From Octopus vulgaris (taxonomy: Eukaryota), in assembly GCA_951406725.2 (NCBI GenBank), contig OX597818.1, positions 86,366,001-86,430,000 of the forward strand: a stretch of 64,000 bases of DNA. Reading direction: 5' to 3'. A program made the translations under genes and the position numbers. This document shows positions 54,024-64,000 of the stretch, in pieces. Position 1 is the stretch's first letter. Each line of letters opens with the position of its first letter. Below the pieces are notes generated by a model. It saw only the letters and a list, made by a program, of their open reading frames with translations, searched no databases and was not told the origin of the DNA.

Positions 54024-54189
54024 TCCCTGTATCCACATATCGATCGCCAGATCTCACCTTTCTCGTTTCTCTTTTCTTGGATTTTACCAAATGTAAACGA
54101 AGAAACGTCTATACTTTGACGTTAGTTAATAAATTAATTACCTTGATTAAAGTAACACGGGTAGATTCTTTTCTTTTTTTCCTTTTTTT

Positions 54190-54375
54190 TCTTTTACTTG
54201 TTTCAGTTATTTGACTGCGGCCATGCTGGAGCACCGCCTTTAGTCGAGTAAATCGAACCCAGGACTTATTCTTTGTAAGCCTAGTACTTATTCTATCGGT
54301 CTGTTTTACCCAAAGTTACGGCGACGTAAACACACAGCATCGTTTGTCAAACGATGTTGTGGGGGTGGGGAACAA

Positions 54376-54443
<68 letters not shown>

Positions 54444-54606
54444 GACGGGCTTATTTCAGTTTCCGTCTACCAAATCCACTCACAAGGCTTTGGTCGGCCC
54501 GAGGCTATAGTAGAAGACACTTGCCCAAGATGCCACGCAGTGGGACTGAACCCGAAACCATGTGGTTGGTAAGCAAGCTACTTACCACACAGCCACTCCT
54601 ACGCCT
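54190..54606 (-). mobile_element. SINE family A, full length
   Basis: All modules in reverse orientation. Confidence 0.92.
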
Positions 54607-54889
54607 ATGAAGTGATATCTAATAAATTCTTTATTTTGAAACGAATTCTTGTGTTGGAATTCTTGAGCGACGTAAACATACAAACATGCAAATATTACTG
54701 TAATGCTAACATTAACGACACCAATGTTCGTTTAAGTTTTCCGAAAACAATAGCCCAGATCATTGGGTTAAACTTCTTTATATGTTTGTCTCCTGTGGAG
54801 AAGTTTATTCAGCTCAGTTGACCCTTTACAACTTGATTCTGTTTGAAAATCTAAATAATTCTATATTTAAAAAAAGAAAAAGTTTAATT

Positions 54890-55240
54890 CAGGCATGACT
54901 GTGTGATTAAAAAACTCGCTTTGCAGTCACGTGATTTCGGGTTTAGTCCTACTGTGCACACCTAAGTCGGCAAGTGTCTTTTCTACTATAGCCCCTACCC
55001 CCAGACCGATACTGTTTTGCGAGAGAATTTGGGATATGGAAACTGCGTGGAAGGCCGTCGTGTATGAGCGTGTGCGCACGCGCGCACGTGTGTTATTGTC
55101 TCTGGTAGTTCCCCACCGCTGCTTGAAAATCGGCGCTGGTTGTTTAAATTACTTCTAATCTTGCAGTTTAAAGAGACTAAAGAGATTGCTAGAATAGGTA
55201 CCAACTTCGAACTAAAAGAAAGAACGAAAGGAAGAAAGAC

Positions 55241-55295
<55 letters not shown>

Positions 55296-55312
55296 CAGAC
55301 AGAAAGACAGAC

Positions 55313-55367
<55 letters not shown>

Positions 55368-55480
55368 AAAGGAGAAAAGAAAGATATGTGCTGGTGTCGA
55401 TTAGATCCGCTAAAACCCTCCAAGGTGGTGCCCCAGCACGGCCGCAGTCCAGTGGCATAAAGCAATAGAAAAAAGATAAA
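54890..55480 (+). mobile_element. Old SINE family A copy with (GAAA)n expansion
   Basis: Decayed head and tail modules around the (gaaa)n/(gaca)n tract at ~55215-55370. Confidence 0.65.
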
Positions 55481-56080
55481 GACAGAGTATTGACCTTTGC
55501 AATTCAAATATTTTTAACCTCGTCTCATTAACGGACATGGTGAGTAGCAACGAACCATAACCAGGAAACTGAAATTACCGTTACCATTTGAAACAGATCA
55601 GTGTTTTCACTAATTAAGCTCAGAGTGAAATGACAACTGCACGTCACGTGTCTGTATTTGGTGAATGTAATGAAAATGAAATGGCGAAGAATGAAAGACG
55701 GTGAGAGAGAGAGAGAGGGGGGAGTGAGGGAGGGAGTGAGAAATGAAGAGTGATGGTAAGAGGGGCATAGATAAAGAGAGGGGAAGAGAAGAAATGAGGG
55801 GTACATAATGAAGATACTATCATTTTCATTGCAGCTTTAATTGTTATCCATTAAAACATTTGAAATGGCAACAGATTCGAACAATGAGATATTCATAACC
55901 ATCATTGCATGGAAGTTATGGTAGTCTATGACGAACTCAATAAACGGTTTGAGTCGTTGTTCAATGCATAAGTTATGTATGTATGTATGTATGTATGTAT
56001 GTATGCATGTATGTATGTATGTATGTATGTACGTATGCGTGTATGTATGTATGTAGCTATCTATCTATCTTATCTATCTA

Positions 56081-56117
<37 letters not shown>

Positions 56118-56192
56118 GGAGTAAACACATAAATGTGAAACAAGGTGGAAAAAAGAGTACTCAAATACCAGGGGTAGAGTAATATGCTTTTA

Positions 56193-56277
<85 letters not shown>

Positions 56278-56288
56278 TATATGTATAT

Positions 56289-56693
56289 ACTCTTTTAGTC
56301 TTTTACTTGTTTCAGTCATTTAACGGCGGCCATGCTGGAGCACAGCATTTAGTCGAGCAAATCGACCCCAGGACTTATTCTATCGGTCTGGTTTGCCGAA
56401 CCGCTAAGTTACGGGGACGTAAACATACCAGCATCAGTTGTCAAGCGATGTTGGGGGTACAAACACAGACACACAAACATATACACACACATACATACAT
56501 ACATACATACATATATACATACATATATATATATACGACGGGCTTCTTTCAGTTTCCGTCTGCCAAATCCACTCACAAGGCTTTGGTTGGCCCGAGGCTA
56601 TAGTAGAAGACACTTGCCCAAGGTGCCACGCAGTGGGAATGAACGCGGAACCATGTGATTGGTAAGCAAGCTACTTACCACACAGTCACTCCT
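56289..56693 (-). mobile_element. SINE family A, full length
   Basis: All modules in reverse orientation. Confidence 0.9.
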
Positions 56694-56711
56694 ATATATA
56701 TGCACAAACAC

Positions 56712-57974
56712 GCGTGGGTCTGATGAAAAGCTCGTAAACCGACCAAGGTACTCTCATGAAATGTCACCAAATGAGGTTTACTTTTCAACATTATTCCTAT
56801 TGCGGTCCACACACTTCTTCCATCACTGTTGCAGTGGTTCTTAGTTCTCACTGGTGAAGAAGATTTCACCCTGTTAATCAAAAAGGTCACCATCAGCAGA
56901 TATGAGTCGTTATCGCTGTGATTCTAGTTCCCAGCCTATTTTCCTGATCTAGTCCCCAACTGACAATCATCTGTTCCCCCATGTGATCAACCAGTTCAAA
57001 GCCACTGTCACGTGCAGCAGCCATTAAAAGCAAAGACTTGTGTGTTGGAGCATTGTTCTGATGAAACAAGACCCCTTTCAAGGGTTTTTCTATCCTTTTG
57101 GTCTTTATAGCCTTTCGTAACTGCCTCAGCAAGTTGGCATAGTACTCTTCATTGATGGCGTGACCCTTTCAAAGATAGTCAATAAACACAATACCTAATG
57201 CATCCTAAAGGACTGACGCCGTCACTTTCCCAGCAGATGATGACACGACATTGGTCTTCTTTGGAGCAGAAGGGTGTTTCCACTGTATGGATAGTCTCTT
57301 TGTCTCTGTCTCATCCTGGCTTTGGAAACGTTCAAGGACACCAGCTGGATTTGACACCAACAATGTCAGACTTGCTCATGATGTAATCTGCCTGGTGTGC
57401 TTTTGATCAGGTGTCAGAAAACGTGGCAGCCTGCGAACAGAGATCTTCGTCATGCCAGCTTCGTTATGCAGAATATTCCTAACTCTATCACAGGATATGC
57501 GAATAGCACTGCCTCTGACTATGTGATTTATTGTTAATCACCTGTAATCCATCAGCATGTGGTGAACACGATCAATATTTTCCGCGGTGGTGACAGTGGT
57601 AGGATGTCCAGACGTTAGGTCATCTTCGTCACACTAGCTTTTACTCTTAAATTCGGCTTCCCACTTTGAGTGCCAAAGTTGATAAAGCTGGAGCGCCATC
57701 TCCTAATGCAGCAAACATGTAGGTACGAATATCCTTGAGGACTAAACGTTTTCTCGGGTATTTGATAAGACCATTATGCCAATTTTTGTCCATTTTCAAG
57801 AGAAGTCGCTACTAGTTACATTTGAAGTCTTTTTTGAACAGCCAGATGTCAGTTTTTACCTGGAAATAAACAATGCAGTTATTAATAAGAAGGCTGAAGT
57901 TAATGCATGCAAGATTTCACTGCTCTAGCATCACTCCTTTATAGTCAGCCCAAGAACTTTTCAGTCCACCTTAT
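56712..57974 (-). mobile_element. Decayed, near full-length mariner transposon
   Basis: LRQLRKAIKTKR..GVLFHQNNAPTHKS..GFELVDH (second catalytic D region); imperfect TIRs gtgggtctgatgaaaagctc / gaacttttcagtccacc. Confidence 0.8.
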
Positions 57975-58337
57975 ATTAAACACACACAGCTTAAAAATTA
58001 AGTGGAATTAGATATTCCTTTGAAAAGAAGAGATGCCGAAAAAGACGTCAGGCCTGTGTAAAAAATGTACAGATGTCTTTAGTTATATAGACGTCTTTAG
58101 TTACGCAAAAGACCCTGCTTCAATACGGTACAAGATAGGGCCATTGTTAGAAAAAAATGGATCACTAACTGCGGGTTTCACTAAAGGATAAGGGAAATAC
58201 TGAATGTGTAACACAAAAATGTTTTTACGTGTCCATTCACTATTTCTGTGGTTCGGTGTTGTGTTCCAAAATGCATGCATCAATTTTCAACCCCCACCTC
58301 TACCTTCTAATTTAACGATCCTATTCCCAATTACACT

Positions 58338-58650
58338 ATTGGGCTGTCAGATAAATTCGTTCGTTCCTCCCACCCAGTGTTATTTGAATTAAACACGGAA
58401 AATATTCTATCCAAGAGTTTTTTTTTTTGGGGGGGGGGCGCTATTCTTCTTCTATAACTTTTGTTTACCGTTGTTGAAATTGAATAAATTTTACAGCTTT
58501 TTCAGACATATTACGATAGCATGTCAAGTAAAAGAAAAAGAAAATTACTATTTCTGACACCTGACTCTCTTTACTTTCAATCAAAGTTCAAAAGCTGTCA
58601 AAGCCGCTCGAGACATTTGTGCTTTGTACATTGAAGGCGCTATTCAGAAT
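58338..58650 (+). mobile_element. Mariner 5' fragment
   Basis: HLTLFTFNQSSKAVKAARDICALYIEGAI resembles a mariner N-terminal HTH; tattgggctgtc TIR-like start. Confidence 0.65.
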
Positions 58651-59004
58651 GAGGCTTCTTTTGATATATTAAATTTCTATAGGAAATAGGAAAACGAATA
58701 ATGTAGAAAGAAATAAGATGAAATAGAGAAAAATTAAGCTAACTAGACGTATTGCAGCAACATAAAATGCAATGAAATATAAACTTGATCCGTTGAACAA
58801 TTTGTAAAATGGTCACATTTTGGATTTGTACTAATTTGGCAAGGAATTAGATCTGAGATAGTGCTGAAACTCAAAGAATTCCGTTGTGACAGTCAGTATA
58901 GCCATTTCAAACTTATATATAACGTTATATTTACTTTTGTTTTGTAGTTTTCCTTTCGTTTTTACAGTGTTATGCATTAAATAATTACGATAAATTTAGG
59001 ATAA

Positions 59005-59171
59005 GGGCGCGTGAGTGGCTGTGTGGTAAGTAGCTTGCTTACCAACCACATGGTTCCGGGTTCATTCTCACTGCGTGGCACCTTGGGCACGTATCTTCTA
59101 CTATAGCCTCGGGCCGACCAAAGCTTTGTGAGTAGATTTGATAGACGGAAACTGAAAAGAAGTCAGTCGTA

Positions 59172-59216
<45 letters not shown>

Positions 59217-59430
59217 ATGTGTGTGTGTGTGTTTGTCCCATCAACATCGCTGGATAACCGATGCTGGTGTGTTTACGTCCCCGTAACTTAGCGGTTCGAC
59301 AAAAGAGACCGATAGAATAAGTACTAGGCTTACAAAGAATAAGTCCTGGGGTCGATTTGCTCGACTAAAGCGGTGTTCCAGCATGGCTGCAGTCAAATGA
59401 CTGAAACAAGTAAAAGAGTAAAGAGTAAAG
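59005..59430 (+). mobile_element. SINE family A, full length
   Basis: All modules present. Confidence 0.92.
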
Positions 59431-59564
59431 ATATAATTCAAATTAGCCATGTATTTCGTCTACAAGCAAAATATTAAAAAAAACACCTGATCCTCCTTCT
59501 TAATAACCAGCTGAAATCTACCGCTCTTTAATACTTTTCCACCCAATCGAGGAGGGGTTTCTTA

Positions 59565-59767
59565 GTCTTGTCCTAGTTACATGGCTACCTCACTAATGCT
59601 GGTGCCACAAAAAGTGCACTCAGTACTTTTTGTAAAGTGGTTAACGTTAGATGGAGTATCCAGCAGGAGAAACCAAATCAAAGCAGACAGGAGCACGATT
59701 AATACTGTAACTCATTGGGTCTCTGCCGAACCGTTCAATCCATATCAGAGTAGAAGACGGACGTTAA

Positions 59768-59820
<53 letters not shown>
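59565..59820 (+). mobile_element. Decayed SINE/LINE 3' end with (GAT)n tail
   Basis: ggtgccac..gtaaagtggtt..ggacgttaaa(tga)n; family recognised from memory only. Confidence 0.5.
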
Positions 59821-59821
<1 letters not shown>

Positions 59822-60310
59822 GCGGTGGTAGTGGTGCACGTGACATGATAAACCGATTACCTTATACAGATCAAATAATCATGAACAAAATTGCAGTTCT
59901 ATTTTTCTGAAAGCAAATAACAGCAAATATATTCATATCAGACCGTCAACTTAAATGAGAGCCATATTGAATATTGTCACTTTCCTAGAAAAACATATGC
60001 TCATGCTCTCTTAGGCTCCACATACCCTTAAGTGGGATTGCCCATCTCCATTCGGAATAAAGTCGTAATTTAGATCCTAAATGTTAATGTAATGCCATAA
60101 CGTAAGGATTTTGCATTTTATCTTGGCTATCACACCTGTTTCGTGGAACAGGCTTAATAGTAAAGATTTACCAGAAAAGGACACATTATTGGTGAAAGGA
60201 GACAAAAGTTTAAAAATAAAATTGTTTTGGATAACTGATCCTTTCACCGAAGGAAAGAAAAACACCCTCCACCTCTCCCTTGTGTGGCATTATTATATAT
60301 ATTATATGTA

Positions 60311-60608
60311 TAAAATGAGATATAAATAATGGTCATTACATGTTATTTTATTATAGTAAATTCGACTTGCAGCTGTTTCCGATAATTTTTATAGGTTTAC
60401 TTATTGATCGGTTTACTCAATCTGTCCATTGATCAGAATACTATGCCTCGGATGAGAATATCATTAGTACTTCAAGGTCGTTCAGTTGTTCTCAGGCGAT
60501 TGAGTAAACCGATCGTTGAATGAGCCTGTAACGATTATCGGAAACACCTGTAAGTCGAATTTCTTACAATAAAGGAATATGTACTGACTGTAATTTATAC
60601 TTTGTTTT
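60311..60608. repeat. ~110-bp inverted repeat with ~75-bp spacer
   Basis: gatcggtttactcaatc / gattgagtaaaccgatc perfect; aaattcgacttgcagctgtttccgataat / attatcggaaacacctgtaagtcgaattt near perfect. Confidence 0.85.
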
Positions 60609-60815
60609 GTTTATCACTTTGTGTAGAAGACCTGTATAACTGAGAGTGCATCCATGGATTTACAATATTGAATGGTGATGGACTATAACCCCAGACCTTG
60701 CCGCAAGCATACACAGAATCCTTTACTAATCTAAAATATATTTGTTAGTCTGGTGTATTTGTATTAACAGAAGTTATAGAGTATTTTAACTGGATTGATA
60801 AACCCTCATTAATAA

Positions 60816-60926
<111 letters not shown>

Positions 60927-60960
60927 ATGTCTGTGTATTAGTGTGTATGTGTGTGTATAA

Positions 60961-61190
60961 GGGCGGCGAGCTGACAATATCGTTAGCACGCCGTGCGAAA
61001 TGCTTCGCGGCATTTTGTCTGCCGTTACGTTCTGAGTTCAAATTCCGCCGAGGTCAGCTTTGCCTTTCATCCTTTCGGGGTCGATTAAATAAGTACCAGT
61101 TACGCAATGGGGTCGATGTAATCGACTTAATCCCTTTGCCTGTACTTGTTTGTTCTCTCTATGTTTAGCCCCCTGTGGTCAATAAAGAAA
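60961..61190 (+). mobile_element. SINE family C, full length
   Basis: Matches the reverse complement of 35480-35712. Confidence 0.9.
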
Positions 61191-61841
61191 TATATATATA
61201 TACACGCGCGCGCACGACATACACTCATATATATAATAGGTTACAACTTGAGGGAGAATTGCCTACTCTTTCTTGTAGACCGAGCTCTGTTTTGTTGCTA
61301 CTGTTGCAATTGTTTCTGACATTGTTGTTGTTACTCTCTGGAGACTTGGTGAGAATAACTTTGGCTTCACTGGGTTTTCATCATCCCTGGGACGATAAAA
61401 ATAAAGTACCAGTAAAGTACTAGGATCAATGGTATCGACCAGCTCCCTTCATCACGTAAAAACTGTTGATTTTTGTCTTTGAATATGAAGCCTTTGCTCT
61501 TCAAGGCTTCTGGGCAAAGTTTCTTTGTTGTAGCTCAACCAGATTAATCTGACTTAAAACACGCCTTCCCCTGCTAGAAAACTAACAAACAACCAAACAA
61601 ATAAACAAATGTTTTAAATTAGAAGTCCTAAGGTTAACATACGCCACATTAGAGATCAGAAAACCGCATATCAGAAAAGAAAAGAAGAACCGAGCGAAAC
61701 TGTAGCAACAACATATCAAACAGCAATAGTGCTTTTGTTGCAAATAGCTGTTAATGTTATTGCGGTTGTTGTGATGGTGGTGGTTGCGGTTTTGCAGTAG
61801 TTGCTAAAAACGAAAAAGGGAATGATATATATATATATATT

Positions 61842-61923
<82 letters not shown>

Positions 61924-62135
61924 TGTTTATATGCATGCATGTATGTATGTATGTATGAATGTATGTATGCATGCATGTATGTATGTATGTAATAGGAAGA
62001 AAAGAAAATCATTTCAAATTCAATATTTCTGTAGTTTGCATATTAAATGTTACTACTATCGTATGTATCTGTGAGGATTTATTTGCTATTGTTGTTGCAG
62101 TTGCTGTTACTCCGTTTTTCTTCGTGTTGCTTATA

Positions 62136-62212
62136 TTGTTGTTGTTGTTGTTGTTGTTACTGCTGTTGCTGCTGCTGCTGCTGCTGCTACTACTACTACT
62201 ACTACTACTACC

Positions 62213-62282
<70 letters not shown>

Positions 62283-62343
62283 ATGATGATGGTGGTGGTG
62301 GTGGTGGTGGTGGTGGTGTTGGTATTGGTGGTGGTGGTGGTAG

Positions 62344-62381
<38 letters not shown>

Positions 62382-62396
62382 TTGATGCGGATGATG
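62136..62396. repeat. Compound trinucleotide tract (GTT/GCT/ACT/GAT/GGT)
   Basis: Successive in-phase triplet runs. Confidence 0.95.
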
Positions 62397-62984
62397 CAGA
62401 GTAAAGATAAGGAAAAATGGGCATAGAATCAAAAGCTATTCAAACAAAACTACTTGATTAGAGGTGAAAAAAAAAACACACTCACAGACACGCATACAGA
62501 CGAACATATGCACGCGCACGTGTATGTGTATGTATGTGCGTGTGCGTGCGTGTGTGTATAAGTATAAAGTACGCATTCATGGAAGCATACGTATGTGTAC
62601 GAGTGTATGTTTGTATGCATGTGCGCGCGTGTTTATGTATGTGCGTATGAGTCCGTATGTGTGTAAGTATATATGTATGCATGCATGGGAGTATATATGT
62701 GCGTGCGTATGCGTGTGTATATGTGTTTGTGTGTGTGTGTGTGTGAGTATGTGTGTAAGTATATATGTATGCATGTAAGTATATATGTGCGTGCGTATTC
62801 GTGTGTATATGTGTTTGTGTTTGTGTGTGACTATGTGTGTGATTAGTGAAATGTAGGGAATACAAAGGACTCAATACATGGCAAAACTGAGAATTGTTTC
62901 TATTTATGCACAAAGCATACGCGTGTGGATGTGAGTGCGTCTGTGTGCGTGGGTCTGTGTATGTGCGTTTGTGTCTATGCATGG

Positions 62985-63750
62985 ATGAGCTAAAACTGCG
63001 ATTTAAGGATTGTATGAAAGATTTTCTGACTCAATGCAAGATTGAAACAAACGACTGGGAGTCTTCTGTGCTAAACAGAATAACTGGCGAACAAATATAA
63101 CCAGTGGCATCAAATGGTTTCGGTAATCGACATTTGGTGGAGGTGCAATGGCCCAGTGGTTAAGGCAGCGGACTCGCGGTCGGAGGATTGCGGTTTCGAT
63201 TCCCGGACCGGGCGTTGTGTGTGTTTATTGAGCGAAAACACATAAAGCTCCACGAGGCTCCGGCAGGGGGTGGGTGGCGACCCCTGTTGTACTCTCTCGC
63301 TCCAACTTTCTCTCACTTTCATCCTGTTTCTTGAGTAACGCTGCGATGGACTGGCATCCCGTCCAGCTGAGGAAAAAACATACGCCATAGAAACCGGGAA
63401 ACCGGGCCCATTAGCCTGGCTAGGCTTGAAAAGGGCGAGAAAAAAAAAGAATCGACATTTGAATGGTTTAACATAAAGCAAGCAGCTTGGAAAAGGGAAC
63501 CTGATTGTCCAACAATTCCACGGTATGAGCGCGATGAATGCAAACGAGTTTGCCTCTCTAGAGCTGGCCTCAAAAGTCCTCTACACAATCACAATGAAAG
63601 GCCTAAGATTGAATACAAACAATTTCTGTAAGTTAATCCATTATGCAATCTATGTGGTGGGGGAATTTTCCAAGCGATCGGAACTCACCAGACACATGAA
63701 TGTAAACAATCATGGTACTGAACAGAATGAGAGCTTGGACTGCAACTCAT
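62985..63750 (+). mobile_element. RTE-clade LINE 3' end, interrupted by a SINE
   Basis: KLRFKDCMKDFLTQCKIETNDWE..WR; after the SINE, ECKRVCLSRAGLKS and CNLC..FSKRSELTRHM zinc-finger remnants. Confidence 0.7.
63137..63449 (+). mobile_element. tRNA-derived SINE (family B head, alternative tail)
   Basis: 12-bp TSD aatcgacatttg at 63125-63136 and 63450-63461; A-rich tail; first ~180 bp match the 1394 copy. Confidence 0.9.
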
Positions 63751-64000
63751 GAAAAGGAATGTTACATCTGCAACTTAAAATGCGAGTCATTTGCTGGTTT
63801 TATAAGGTTCAAAGGTCACTGTAGGTCCAAGGGTCGCTTCAATTCAAAATGTCACTGAAAAAAAGAAAAGAAAAAGAAGTTAAAATCCCCAGAATACAAA
63901 GCCAGAAACAAGCTAACTTGTCAGTAATGATCATACTTGTCTAACAATCGGACACCCATCGTGTATATGTTATGTCAGGTCACTCTTAGTACTACTGGTA

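Noticed and set aside
56715-56745. ctgatga hammerhead core
   Set aside because: Part of a mariner TIR; no GAAA or paired stems.
63630-63715. Host C2H2 zinc-finger exon
   Set aside because: Frameshifted, and continuous with an RTE-like LINE C-terminus.

Overview
AT-rich, repeat-saturated eukaryotic DNA. The SINE families and microsatellite load resemble coleoid cephalopod (Octopus-like) intergenic or intronic sequence; this is an inference from recalled repeat families, not a database result. I found no supportable host exon or intact RNA gene, and most ORFs in the track are translations of microsatellites. Contents: about 20 copies of a bipartite tRNA-derived SINE with an internal microsatellite; other tRNA-derived SINEs with clear TSDs; decayed Tc1/mariner elements (one DD41D, two with inverted 5'-5' architecture); pogo/Tigger pieces; several MITEs; a non-autonomous Helitron; LINE fragments (RTE-like, CR1/L2-like, RLE-bearing R4/Dong-like); Penelope-like (PLE) remnants; and a ~1.65 kb tandem duplication. 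The main signal is seven minimal hammerhead ribozyme (HHR) motifs, two with fully canonical cores. One lies directly after a GIY-YIG ORF. Another sits in a 455-bp TSD-flanked fold-back element that joins a tRNA-like Pol III head, a microsatellite, an HHR and a PLE-type inverted terminus. Coordinates were read by eye; ends of decayed repeats are approximate.
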